Position numbers and translations under genes: made by a program. Below the pieces are notes generated by a model. It did no database searches, had not been told where the DNA came from, and saw nothing but the letters and a program-made list of their open reading frames with translations. Source: an uncultured Gemmatimonadales bacterium (GTDB lineage Bacteria; Gemmatimonadota; Gemmatimonadetes; Longimicrobiales; Longimicrobiaceae). Taken from it: a stretch of 64,000 nucleotides of DNA. The stretch is from NCBI GenBank assembly GCA_963716255.1, contig OY970303.1:7264001-7328000 (forward strand). The letters run 5' to 3'. Of this stretch, positions 1 through 11,600 are shown in pieces; the first letter of the stretch is position 1, and the number at the start of each line of letters is the position of its first letter.

Positions 1-2
1 CG

Positions 3-3000
3 GTGGCGGTGAGCCTGAGCGCGGAGGAGACCGGGGCGCTGCTGCGCGAGGTGCCGCAGGCGTACCGGACGCAGGTGGACGACGTGCTCCTGGCGGCGCT
101 GGCCGCGGCCCTGGGCCGGTGGACGGGCGAGGCGCGGGTGCGCATCGACCTGGAAGGGCACGGCCGCGAGGAGGATGCGGTGGGCGGCGTGGACCTGTCG
201 CGCACGGTGGGGTGGTTCACCACCCTCTACCCGGTGGTGCTGGAGCTTCCTCGCGGCGGAGGGCCGGGCGCGGCGCTGAAGGCGGTCAAGGAGCAGCTGC
301 GCGCGGTGCCGCGGCGGGGGATCGGCTACGGGCTGCTGCGCTACGCCGGCGCCGGCGGGGCGGGGGCGGAGCTGGCCCGCGCGCCCCGGGCGGAGGTCGC
401 CTTCAACTACCTGGGGCAGCTCGACGCGGCCGTCTCCGCGGATACGTTCTTCGCCTTCGCGGAGGAATCGGCCGGCTCTCCGGCGGACGGGCGCGGTCCG
501 CGCGGCCACCGGCTGGAGCTCAACGCGGCGGTGCGCGAGGGGCGGCTGGAGGTGGAGCTGGGCTATGCCGAGGGAGTGCACCGCCGCGACACCATCGAGC
601 GCCTCGCCGGCTGGTTCGCCGCGGAGCTGCGGGAGCTGGTCGCGCACTGCCGCGGCGCGGAGGCGGGCGGCTACACGCCGAGCGACTTCCCGCTCGCCGG
701 GCTGGGGCAGGCGGCGCTGGACGGGCTGCTGGGGAGCGAGCGCGGGGTGGAGGACGTGTACCCGCTCACGCCCATGCAGGAGGGGATGCTCTTCCACACG
801 CTGGACGAGCAGGGGGAGGGCACCTACGTGGGGCAGATGGTGGTGAGCCTGCGCGGGTCGCTGGACGCGCCGGCCTTCGTGCGGGCCTGGCAGGGCGCGG
901 TCGACCGGCACCCCGCGCTGCGGACGCGCTTCGCCTGGGACGGGCTGGAGCGCCCGCTCCAGGTGGTGGCGGGCCGCGCCGTGCCCGAGTTCGCGCAGCA
1001 CGACTGGCGGGACCGCGACGAGGCGGGGCGGCGCGCCGGGCTGGACGCGTACCTGGAGGAGGACCGGCGCAGGGGCGTGGACGTGACGCGCGCGCCGCTG
1101 ATGCGGCTGGCGCTCCTCCGCACGGGCGACGACCGCTGGGAGCTGGTGTGGACGCACCACCACCTGGTGCTCGACGGCTGGAGCCTGTCGCTGCTCTTCC
1201 GCGACGTGCTCGCCCTGTACGAGGGGCACGCCGGGGGACGCGCGGTGCAGCTGCGGAGCGTGCGCCCGCACCGCGACTACGTGGCGTGGCTGGCGGAGCA
1301 GGACCTCGCCCGGGCCGAGCAGGCGTGGCGCGAGGCGCTGGCGGGCTTCGCCGCGCCCACGCCGCTGCCGCTGGCGGACGGCGGGCAGGGAGAGGGTGGC
1401 CACCGCGAGGCCGGGCTGCGCCTGGGCGCGGAGCGGACGGCGCGCCTGCAGGCCTTCGCGCGGGCGGAGGGGCTGACGCTGAACACGCTGCTCCAGGCCG
1501 CGTGGGGGCTGCTGCTGGCGCGCTGGTCGGGCGAGGCGGACGTGGTCTTCGGGGCCACGGTCTCGGGGCGTCCGCCGCAGCTCGCCGGCGCGGAGGAGAT
1601 GGTGGGGCTGTTCATCAACACGCTGCCGGTGCGCGTGCGGGTGCGGCCGGAGGCCCCGGTGGGCGCGTGGCTGAGGGAGCTCCAGGGGCGGCAGGCGGCG
1701 CTGCGGGAGCACGAGCACACGCCGCTGGTGCAGCTGCACAGGTGGAGCGAGGTCCAGGCGGGACAGCCGCTCTTCGGGAGCATCGTCGCGTTCGCGAACT
1801 ACCCGTTCGACGCCACGCTGGCCGAGCGCGACAGCGGGTTCCGGGTGGAGTCGTCGCGGATCATCGAGCGCGACGACGTCCCCCTCTTCCTGGCGGCCGC
1901 GATGCAGGGCGACTCGCTGGAGCTGGAGCTGGCCCACCACCGCTCCGGCTTCCCGGCAGGGCGGCTGCTGGAGGAGCTCGGGGTGCTGCTGGACCAGCTC
2001 GCCGCGGACCCGCGTCGGCTGCTGGAGCGGGTGACGGGGCGGAGCGCGGACGAGCGGCTGCGTCTGCTGGCCGCCGGGCGCGGCCCCGCCGCGGAGTACC
2101 CGCGCGAGCGGAGCGTCCACGAGCTGATCTCGCTGCGCGCCGCGGCCACGCCGGACGCGCCCGCCGTGCTGGCCGGCGGCGTCCGCCTGGGCTTCGCCGA
2201 ACTGGAGGCGCGCGCCGACGGCCTGGCGGCCCGGCTGCGCTCGCTCGGCGTGGGGCCGGAGGCGCGCGTCGCGATCCTGCTCGACCGGTCCGCGGAGCTT
2301 GCCGTCGCGATCCTGGGCACGCTCCGGGCCGGCGGCGCCTACGTGCCGCTGGACCCGGCGTATCCCGCCGAGCGCCTGGCCTACCTGCTCGCCGACAGCG
2401 GCGCCCGCGTCGTGGTCACCCGCACGGCGCTGGCCGACCGCCTTCCCGCCACCGCGGCGGCGACGCTCCTCGTCGATGCCGGCGAAGTCCCAAAAGTCCA
2501 TGCCGCCCCGAGCGTCGTCGACCCCGAGAACGCGGCGTACGTCATCTACACCTCGGGCTCCACGGGCGCGCCCAAGGGCGTGATGGTCTCGCACCGCTCG
2601 CTGGTCTGCTACGCCGAGGCGGCGCGGGCGGAGCTGGGGCTGGGTGCGGGCGACCGCATCCTCCAGTTCGCCTCGCCCAGCTTCGACGTCATGGTGGAGG
2701 AGATCTTCCCCGCCTGGCTCGCCGGGGCGGCGGTGGTGTTCCCCGGGCAGGACCTGCTGGAATCTCCCGGGGCGCTGCTGGAGACCGTGGAGGCGCAGGG
2801 CGTCACCGGCTTCGAGCTGCCCACGGCGTTCTGGCACGAGTGGGTGCGGATGCTGGCGGAGGAGGGCCGGCGCCTGCCGGCGTCGCTGCGCTTCGTGATC
2901 GTGGGTGGCGAGCGCGTGCACCCGGAGCGCCTGGCGGAGTGGGCGCGGCTGGGGGTTCCGCTGGTGCACGTGTTCGGGCTGACGGAGACCACGGTGAGCT

Positions 3001-5687
3001 CGGCCATGCTGCGCCTGGAGGCGGGCGACGACGGGTCGCGGTGGAGCAATCTCCCGGTGGGGCGGCCGCTGGCCAACGCCGCGCTGTACGTGCTGGACGC
3101 CGCGATGCAGCCGGCGCCGGAATCTGCCGCCGGCGAGCTGTACCTGGGCGGCGACACGGTGGCGCGCGGCTACTCGGGCCGGCCCGCGCTGACGGCCGAG
3201 CGATTCGTCCCCGACCCGTTCGCGGACGAGCCCGGGAAGCGCATGTACCGCACGGGGGACCGGGTGCGCTGGCTGGCGGAGGGCGGGCTGGAGTTCCTGG
3301 GGCGGATCGACCAGCAGCTCAAGATCCGCGGATTCCGCATCGAGCCGGGGGAGATCGAGGCGGCGCTGGTGCAGCACCCCGCCGTGCGGGAGGCGGTGGT
3401 CATCGGGCGCGAGGAAGCGCAGGGGCGCAGGCAGCAGCTGGTGGCGTACGTGGTCCCCGCACAGGGCGGGAGCGAGCTCCCGGTCGCGGCGGACGAGCTG
3501 CGGGCACACCTGGCGGCGCGGCTCCCGGAGTACATGGTGCCGGGCGCGTTCGTGGCGATGGAGAGCGTTCCTCTTACCGCAAACGGCAAGATCGACCGTC
3601 GCGCCCTCCCCGCGCCGGAGGCAGGTGCGTCCGAGGCGTCCGCGGGCTACGTGGCGCCGGCGAGCGAGGTGGAGCGGACGCTGTGCGCGATTCTCGCCGA
3701 GGTGCTGCGCGTGGAGCGGGTGGGCGTGCACGACGACTACTTCGAGCTGGGCGGCGACAGCATCGTGGCCATCCAGATCGTCTCTCGCGCGCGGCGGGCC
3801 GGGCTGTGGCTGCGTCCGCGGCAGCTCTTCCAGCACCCGACGGTGGCGCGGCTCGCCCCCGAGGTGAGCGCGGCCGGGACCGTGGAGCAGGGGGCCGAGC
3901 AGGGGCAGGTCACGGGCGAGGTGGAGCTGACGCCGGTGCAGCGGTGGTTCTTCGAGCAGGAGATCCCGGAGCGCGACCGCTGGAACATGCCGCTGCTGCT
4001 GGATCTGCGGCGGCCGCTGGGGGCGGAGCTGCTCGCGGCGGCGCTGGAGCGGATCGTCGCCCATCACGACGCGCTGCGCTTCCGCTACGCGCGCGCCGCC
4101 GATGGCGCGTGGGTGCAGACGTGCGCGCCTGCGGACGGGCCGGTGCCGGTGGAGACGGTGGACCTCGCCGGGCTGCCGGCGGACGAGGCCGCGGCGCTTG
4201 CCGGGCGGCGCTCGGCGGAGGCGCAGGCGGGGCTGGACCTGGAGCACGGGCCGCTGCTGCGCGCGCTGCTGCTGGAGGGCGGCGCGGACGCCCCGTCGCG
4301 GCTGCTGCTGGCGGTGCACCACCTGGTTGTGGACGGCGTGTCGTGGCGCATCCTGCTGGAGGACCTGCAGACGGCCGTCGAGCAGCTGAGCCGGGGCGAA
4401 GCCGCAACCCTGCCGGCGAAGACGACGTCGTTCCAGCGGTGGGCGCGGCGGCTGGCGGAGCACACGGCGCGCGGCGGCTTCGACGCGGAGCTGGACTTCT
4501 GGCTGGACGAGCCGCGGCGGATGGTGCGGCCGCTGCCGGTGGACTCGCCCGCCGGCCGGTCCCACAACACCGTGGGCGCGTCGCGGACGCTTTCCGTCGC
4601 GCTGGACGCCGCGGAAACGCGGGCGCTGCTGACGGAGGTCCCGGCCGCGTACCGGACGCAGGTGGGCGACGTGCTGCTGTGCGCGCTGGCGCGCGCCTTC
4701 GCGGGGTGGACGGGGGAGACGCGGCTGCTGGTGGAGCTGGAGGGGCACGGGCGAGAGGAGCTGTTCGAGGACGTGGACCTGTCGCGCACCGTGGGGTGGT
4801 TCACCACCGTGTACCCGGTGCTGCTGGAGCTGCGCGGGGCGGAAGGCGAGGGCGCGTCGCTGAAACGGGTCAAGGAGCAGCTGCGTGAGGTGCCGGGGCA
4901 GGGGATCGGGTACGGGGCGCTTCGCTGGCTGAGCCCGGACGCGGCCACGCGCGGGCGGCTGGCGGAGCTGCCGCGCGCCGAGGTGAGCTTCAACCACCTG
5001 GGGCAGGCCGACGCCGGCCAGGCGGACGACGGGCTCTTCGGCCTGGCGGCGGAGCAGGGCGCGGGAGGGACGAGCCCGGACGCGCCGCGGCAGCACCTGC
5101 TGGAGGTGAACAGCATCGTGCAGGGCGGGCGGCTCCGGGTGGACTGGAGCTACGGCGAAGCCATCCACCGGCGGGCGACGGTGGAGGCGCTGGCCGGGCG
5201 CTACCTGGCCGAGCTGCGGGGGCTGGTGGCGCACTGCGTGTCCGCGGATGCGGGGGGAGCACGCCCAGCGACTTCCCGCTGGCGGGGCTCTCGCAGGAGG
5301 AGCTGGACCGGCTGCCGGGGAGCGGCCGGGAGGTGGAGGACGTGTACCCGCTCGCGCCGCTCCAGGAGGGGCTGCTCTTCCACGTCCTGTACTCGCGCGA
5401 GGAGGGGTTCTACCTCGCGCAGAGCACCTTCGACCTCCAGGGCGAGCTGGACGGGGAAGCGATGCGGCGGGCGTGGGACGCCACGCTGGCGCGGCACCCG
5501 GCACTGCGCGCGAGCTTCCTGTGGCGGGACCGGGTCCGGCCGCTGCAGGTCGTCCACCGGCAGGTCCGCGTCCCCTTCGTGCAGGAGGACTGGCGCGCCC
5601 TCCCCGAGGACGAGCAGGGGGCGGCGCTGGAGGGCTACCTGCGGGAGGACCGGGAGCGCGGCTTCGACCTGGAAGCGGCTCCGCTGA
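3..5687 (+). CDS. NRPS gene A, 5' segment (start lies upstream of the window): partial E, C(DCL), A, T, E. NRPS-like frame ends at ~5258 by frameshift; the rest of this ORF is out-of-frame tail
   Basis: E motifs EGHGRE, SRTVGWFT and FNYLGQ; C motif HHHLVLDGWS (~1155); A motifs YTSGSTG (~2548), GELYLGG, YRTGD, NGKIDR; T GGDSI (the form typical before an E domain, ~3750); E HHLVVDGVSW (~4317). After ...CVSADAGG the translation becomes non-NRPS while TPSDFPLAGL continues in another frame. Confidence 0.95.
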   Translation: MAVSLSAEETGALLREVPQAYRTQVDDVLLAALAAALGRWTGEARVRIDLEGHGREEDAVGGVDLSRTVGWFTTLYPVVLELPRGGGPGAALKAVKEQLRAVPRRGIGYGLLRYAGAGGAGAELARAPRAEVAFNYLGQLDAAVSADTFFAFAEESAGSPADGRGPRGHRLELNAAVREGRLEVELGYAEGVHRRDTIERLAGWFAAELRELVAHCRGAEAGGYTPSDFPLAGLGQAALDGLLGSERGVEDVYPLTPMQEGMLFHTLDEQGEGTYVGQMVVSLRGSLDAPAFVRAWQGAVDRHPALRTRFAWDGLERPLQVVAGRAVPEFAQHDWRDRDEAGRRAGLDAYLEEDRRRGVDVTRAPLMRLALLRTGDDRWELVWTHHHLVLDGWSLSLLFRDVLALYEGHAGGRAVQLRSVRPHRDYVAWLAEQDLARAEQAWREALAGFAAPTPLPLADGGQGEGGHREAGLRLGAERTARLQAFARAEGLTLNTLLQAAWGLLLARWSGEADVVFGATVSGRPPQLAGAEEMVGLFINTLPVRVRVRPEAPVGAWLRELQGRQAALREHEHTPLVQLHRWSEVQAGQPLFGSIVAFANYPFDATLAERDSGFRVESSRIIERDDVPLFLAAAMQGDSLELELAHHRSGFPAGRLLEELGVLLDQLAADPRRLLERVTGRSADERLRLLAAGRGPAAEYPRERSVHELISLRAAATPDAPAVLAGGVRLGFAELEARADGLAARLRSLGVGPEARVAILLDRSAELAVAILGTLRAGGAYVPLDPAYPAERLAYLLADSGARVVVTRTALADRLPATAAATLLVDAGEVPKVHAAPSVVDPENAAYVIYTSGSTGAPKGVMVSHRSLVCYAEAARAELGLGAGDRILQFASPSFDVMVEEIFPAWLAGAAVVFPGQDLLESPGALLETVEAQGVTGFELPTAFWHEWVRMLAEEGRRLPASLRFVIVGGERVHPERLAEWARLGVPLVHVFGLTETTVSSAMLRLEAGDDGSRWSNLPVGRPLANAALYVLDAAMQPAPESAAGELYLGGDTVARGYSGRPALTAERFVPDPFADEPGKRMYRTGDRVRWLAEGGLEFLGRIDQQLKIRGFRIEPGEIEAALVQHPAVREAVVIGREEAQGRRQQLVAYVVPAQGGSELPVAADELRAHLAARLPEYMVPGAFVAMESVPLTANGKIDRRALPAPEAGASEASAGYVAPASEVERTLCAILAEVLRVERVGVHDDYFELGGDSIVAIQIVSRARRAGLWLRPRQLFQHPTVARLAPEVSAAGTVEQGAEQGQVTGEVELTPVQRWFFEQEIPERDRWNMPLLLDLRRPLGAELLAAALERIVAHHDALRFRYARAADGAWVQTCAPADGPVPVETVDLAGLPADEAAALAGRRSAEAQAGLDLEHGPLLRALLLEGGADAPSRLLLAVHHLVVDGVSWRILLEDLQTAVEQLSRGEAATLPAKTTSFQRWARRLAEHTARGGFDAELDFWLDEPRRMVRPLPVDSPAGRSHNTVGASRTLSVALDAAETRALLTEVPAAYRTQVGDVLLCALARAFAGWTGETRLLVELEGHGREELFEDVDLSRTVGWFTTVYPVLLELRGAEGEGASLKRVKEQLREVPGQGIGYGALRWLSPDAATRGRLAELPRAEVSFNHLGQADAGQADDGLFGLAAEQGAGGTSPDAPRQHLLEVNSIVQGGRLRVDWSYGEAIHRRATVEALAGRYLAELRGLVAHCVSADAGGARPATSRWRGSRRRSWTGCRGAAGRWRTCTRSRRSRRGCSSTSCTRARRGSTSRRAPSTSRASWTGKRCGGRGTPRWRGTRHCARASCGGTGSGRCRSSTGRSASPSCRRTGAPSPRTSRGRRWRATCGRTGSAASTWKRLR

Positions 5688-8600
5688 TGCGGGTGGCGCT
5701 CTTCCGGACCGGCGAGGACCGGTACCGGATGGTGTGGAGCTTCCTCCAGGCCGTGCTGGACGGGTGGAGCCTGCCGCTGGTCTTCCGCGACCTGCGCGCG
5801 GCCTACGAGGCGCTGGCCGCGGGGCGGACGCCCGCGTTGGGAACGGCGCCGCGCCACCGCGACTACGTCGCCTGGGTGGAGCGGCAGGACCCCTCGCGCA
5901 CCGAGGCGTTCTGGCGCGGGATGCTGGCCGGCTTCGACGAGCCCACCCCGCTGCCGCTGGAGCACGCCGCGCCGGGCGCCGGTCCGGAGCGCCGCGAGCA
6001 GGCGGACCTCCAGCTCACGGCCGGGGCCACGCGGGCGCTGCACGCCTTCGCACGGGCGCGCGGGCTGACGCCGGGCACCGTGGTGCAGGGCGCGTGGGCT
6101 CTTCTCCTCGCGCGCTACGCCGGGGCGGACGACGTGGTCTTCGGCGTCACCGTCTCCGGGCGGCCGGCGGAGCTGGCCGGCGTGGAGGAGATGGTGGGCG
6201 TGTTCATCAACACGCTCCCGGTGCGCGTCCGGCTGCCGGAGGAGGCGCCCGTGGACGCGTGGCTGGCCGCGCTGCAGGAGGACGCCGCCGCGGTGCGCGA
6301 GCACGAGAGCGTGCCGCTGACGCAGGTGCAGCGGTGGAGCGACGTCCCCGCCGGGCAGGAGCTCTTCGGGAGCATCTACGTCTACGAGAACTACCCGGTG
6401 GACGAGGCGCTGGCCGGGGGAATCGGGGGCGTCGAGGTGCGCGGGATGGCCGCCGTCGAGCGGGGCAACTACCCTCTCACCCTCGTCGTGCTCCCCGGCG
6501 CTTCGCTGAAGCTGCGCCTCAACTACGACCCGGACCGGCTCGATCCCGCCGCGGCCGGGCGCCTGCTGGGGCAGGTGGCCGCGGCCGTGGAGGCGATGGC
6601 GGCGCGCCCGGGAGCCCGGCTGTCGCAGGTGTCGCTGCTGGGGGACGACGAGCGCACCCGGCTGCTGGAATCGTGGAACGACACCGGCGCCGGGTACGCC
6701 GGAGCGGAGTTCGTCCACGAGATGTTCGCGCGGCAGGCGGCTCGCGCGCCCCGGGCGGAGGCGCTGCGCTCCGGGGAGCGGACACTCACCTACGCCGCGC
6801 TGGAGCGGGATTCCAGCCGGCTGGCGCGGCACCTCCGCGCCCTGGGCGTGGGGCCGGAGTCGCGCGTGGGGATCTGCCTGGAGCGCGGGCCGGAAACGGT
6901 CGTCTCCGTGCTGGGCGTCCTCAAGGCCGGCGGCGCCTACGTCCCCCTGGACCCGTCGTACCCCGCCGACCGGCTGGCCTTCATGGTGGAGGACGCCGCC
7001 CTCGCCGTGCTGCTGACCCGCGAGGGGCTGCTGGAGCGCCTGCCGGAGCACGGCGCGCGCGTGGTGTGCCTGGACCGCGACGCGGCGGAGATCGCGCGGC
7101 GGGGCGATGCCGCCCCGGAGAGCGGCCTCCGGCCGGAAAACGTCGCGTACGTCATCTACACCTCCGGCTCCACCGGGCGTCCCAAGGGCGTGGAGGTGGT
7201 GCACCGGGGGCTGGGCAACTACCTGGCGTGGGCGGTCGAGGCGTACGCGGGGGAGGGCCACGGGGCGCCGGTCCACTCCTCCCTGTCCTTCGACCTGACG
7301 GTGACCTCGCTGCTGGTGCCGCTGCTGCGCGGCGAGCGGGTGGTGCTCACCGACGAGGCCGACGCGGTGGAGGGGCTGGCCAGGGCGCTGCGGGAGGAGC
7401 CCGGGTTCACGCTGGTCAAGCTGACCCCGGCGCACCTGGGGCTGCTCGCCGAGCAGCTGACCGAGGCCGAGGCGGCGGCCGCCGCGCGCACGCTGGTGGT
7501 GGGCGGCGAGGCGCTGCCGGCCGAGCTGGCGGCGTACTGGAGGCGCGTGGCGCCCGGCACCGTGGTGGTCAACGAGTACGGGCCCACGGAAACGGTGGTG
7601 GGGTGCATCGTGCACCGGGTGGAGAACGCGGCCGGCGGGGCGGGGAGCGTGCCCATCGGCAGGCCCATCGCCGGGACCCGGGCGTACGTGCTGGGACCGG
7701 GGATGCAGCCGGCGCCGCTGGGCGCGTCGGGCGAGCTGTACGTGGGCGGCGCCGGGGTGGCGCGCGGCTACCTGGGCCGGCCCGGGCTGACGGCGGAGCG
7801 CTTCGTCCCCGATCCCTTCGGGGCCGAGCCGGGCGCGCGCCTGTACCGCACCGGCGACCGCGTCCGCTGGCTGGCCTCGGGGGAGATGGAGTTCCTGGGG
7901 CGGACCGACTTCCAGCTCAAGGTCAGGGGCTTCCGCGTGGAGCCGGGGGAGATCGAGGCGGCGCTGCTGGAAGACCCCCGGGTGCGGGATGCGCTGGTGA
8001 CGCAGCGCGGGGACGCCACCGGGCAGCGGCAGCTGGTGGCGTACGTGGTCCCCGCGGAGGGCGGCGGCCCGTCCGCCGCGGAGCTGAGGGCCCGCCTCCA
8101 GGGCGTCCTCCCCGACCACATGGTGCCGGCCTGGTTCGCGGTGCTGGAGCGCATGCCGCTGAACGCCAACGGCAAGGTCGACCGGCACGCCCTCCCCGCG
8201 CCGGAGGCGGCGCCCCACGGGAGCGCGGCGCCGCGCACGGTCACGGAAGAGGTGCTGGCGGGGATCTGGGAGGACGTCCTGGGCGTGGAGCGCGTGGGGG
8301 CCGACGACAGCTTCTTCGAGCTGGGCGGGCACTCGCTCCTGGTGACGCGCATCGTTTCGCGGGTGCGGCAGGCGCTCGAGGTCGAGGTGCCGCTGAGGGC
8401 GATCTTCGACGCGCCCACCGTGTCCGGGCTGGCCCGGCGGATCGACGCCCTGCGGAGCGGCGGGAGCGAGGCGGCCCCGCCCGTCCGGCGGGTCCCGCGG
8501 GACGGGCCGCTCCCGCTCTCGTTCCAGCAGCAGCGGCTCTGGCTGATGGACCGCCTGGAGCCGGGCGCCGCCACCTACAACATGCCCTCCGCCCTGCGCC

Positions 8601-11600
8601 TGCGGGGCGAGCTGGACACCATTGCGCTCCGCGCCGCCCTGGGCGAGCTGGCGCGGCGCCACGAGGTGCTGCGCACCGTGTTCGCCGAGCGCGAGGGCGT
8701 GCCGGTGCAGGTGGTCCGGCCGGGCGGGGGGGCCATGCTCCCGGCGATCGACCTGCGGCGGCTCCCCGGGGCGGCGCCGGAGGCGGAGGCGCTGCGACTG
8801 GTCCACGAGGAGGCGGTGCGCCCGTTCGACCTGGAGCGGGGGCCGCTGCTGCGGACCGTCCTGCTGCGGCTGGGGGACGGCGACCACGTGCTGTGCGTCA
8901 CCCTGCACCACGCCGTGGGCGACGGGTGGAGCCTGGACGTGCTGGTGGGCGAGGTCGCCGCCCTGTACGGCGCCTTCAGCCGGGGCGAGCCCTCGCCGCT
9001 CCCCGGGCTTCCGGTGCAGTACGCCGACTACGCGGTGTGGCAGCGCGAGTGGCTGGGCGACGCCGAGCTCGACCGGCAGCTCGCCTACTGGAAGGAGCGT
9101 CTCGCCGGGGCCCCGCCCCTGCTGGAGCTGCCGACGGACCGGCCGCGCGGGGCGGGGCAGGGCGCCCACGCCGGGCGGCACGCCTTCGCCGTGGCGGCGG
9201 ACACGTCCCGCGGGCTGCGGGCGCTCGCTCGGCACGAGGGCACGACGCTGTTCATGACCGTGCTCGCGGCCTGGCAGGCGCTGCTGGGGCGGTACTCCGG
9301 CCAGGACGACGTGGTGGTGGGAACCCCCGTCGCCGGCCGCACGCAGCTGGAGACCGAGGGGCTCATCGGGCTGTTCGTCAACATGCTCGTCCTGCGGGCC
9401 GAGCTGGCGGGGGAGCCCACCTGGCGCGAGCTGCTGGCGCGGGTGCGGCACGACGCGCTGGGGGCGTTCTCGCACCAAGACCTCCCCTTCGAGCGCCTGG
9501 TGGACGCGCTGGTGACCGTCCGGAGCCTGACGCACGCGCCGCTCTTCCAGGCCGTGTTCGCGCTCCAGCGGTCCCGCCCGGCGGCGCCGCCGCTGGGGAA
9601 CGCCGCGGTTCAGCCGTTCGGCGTGGGGGCCGAGGGGCTGCCGGTGGACCTGGAGCTGATGCTGGAGGACGGGGAGGACGGGCTCGCCGGGGTGCTGCTG
9701 TACCGCGAAGCGCTCTTCGACCCCGCGACGATCGGGCGGCTGGCCGAAAGCCTGGGCGCCTGCCTGGAGGCGCTGGCGGCCGATCCCTCGCGCCGCTTCA
9801 CCGAGGTGTCGCTGCTGCGCGGGACCGAGCGCGTGCAGGTGCTGGAAGCGTGGAACGCGACCGCGGCCGCCTTCCCGCCGGCGCTGGCGCACGACGTCTT
9901 CGCCGCGCAGGCCGCGCTCACCCCGCACGTCCCCGCCGTCACCCGCGGCGACCGGGTGCTCACGTACGCCGAGCTGGACCGCCTTTCCGACCGGCTCGCG
10001 CGGCACCTCCGGCGCCGGGGCGTGGGCCCCGAGGTGCGGGTGGGGCTGTGCCTGGAGCGCGACGTGGAGCTCGTCGTGGGCGTGCTCGGCGTGCTCAAGG
10101 CCGGCGGCGTCTACGTCCCGCTGGACCCCACCCTCCCGGCCGGGCGGCTGGCCTACATGCTGGCCGATGCGGACGCGGCCGTGCTGGTCTCGCAGGCCGG
10201 GCTCCCGGAGCGGCTCCCGGCCTATGCCGGCGAGGTGGTGTGCCTGGACCGGGACGCGGCGGCGATCGCCGCGGAGCCCGCCGGGCCGCCCCCCTCCGGC
10301 GTCCACGCCCGCAGCGCCGCCTACGTCATCTACACCTCCGGGTCCACCGGCGCGCCCAAGGGCGTGGTCGTGGAGCACGGCAGCCTGCTGAACTTCGCCG
10401 CGGCCATGCGGCGCGACTTCCCCTACCGCGAGGGCGAGGTGGTGCTGGGGGTGGTGAGCTTCGCCTTCGACATCTGGATCTTCGAGGGGCTGGTGCCCCT
10501 GCTGGCCGGCGCGACGGTGCGGCTCCTCCCGCTGGACCGGGTGCGCGACGCGGGGGTGCTGGTGGAGGAGCTGCGCACGGCGGGGCGGATCGCCGCGGTG
10601 CCGGCGCTGTACCGGCAGGTGGTGCTGGCGGCGCGGCAGCTGGAGCCCGGCGCCCTTGCCGGCGTGCGCTACATCTTCGCCGGGGGCGAGGCCGTCGCGC
10701 CGGAGCTGTCGGCCGAGCTGCGGGAGGTGTTCCCGGGCGCGCGGCTGTTCGTGGGGTACGGCCCCACCGAGGCCACCGTGCTCGCGACCCTGTACGCCGT
10801 CCCCGAGGGCGTGGAGGGGGGCGCACCCCCGATCGGCAATCCGCTTCCCAACGTGAGGACCTACGTGCTGGACGCCCGGGGCGACGCGCTCCCGACCGGC
10901 GTGCCCGGGGAACTGTACCTGGGCGGCGCCGGGGTGGCGCGCGGGTACCTGGGCCGCCCGGATCTCACCGCCGGCCGCTTCGTCCCCGACCCCTTCGCCG
11001 GGGCATCGGGCTCGCGCCTGTACGGCACGGGCGACCGGGTGAGGTGGCGCGCGGACGGGGCCCTGGAGTTCCTGGGCCGCTTCGACGCACAGGTCAAGAT
11101 CCGCGGCTTCCGCGTGGAGCTGGGCGAGGTCGAGGCGGCGCTCGCCGCGCACCCGCGGGTGCACGAGATGGTGGCCGTGGTGCGCGAGGACGTACCGGGG
11201 CAGAGGATCCTCGTGGCCTACGTGGTCCCCCAGGAGGGGGCGGAGCCGTCCGTGGCCGAGCTGCGGGAAAGCCTGGGCGAACAGCTCCCGGACTACATGG
11301 TGCCGGGCGCCTTCGTGGTGCTGGAGCGGCTGCCGCTGGACGCCGGCGGCAAGGTCGACCGGCGCGCGCTGCCGGCGCCTGACCTGGGCTCGGAGGACGG
11401 GTACGTGGCGCCGCGCACGGCGGCGGAGGAGGTCCTGGCGGCGATCTGGGCGGACGTGCTGGAGCTGGAGCCGGAGCGGGTGGGGGTGGAGAAGAGCTTC
11501 TTCGACATGGGCGGGCACTCCCTGCTGGCCACCCGCGTGGCCTCGCGGATCCGGGACGCGTTCGGCGTCGCGGTGCCGCTGAGGACGCTGTTCGAGGCGA

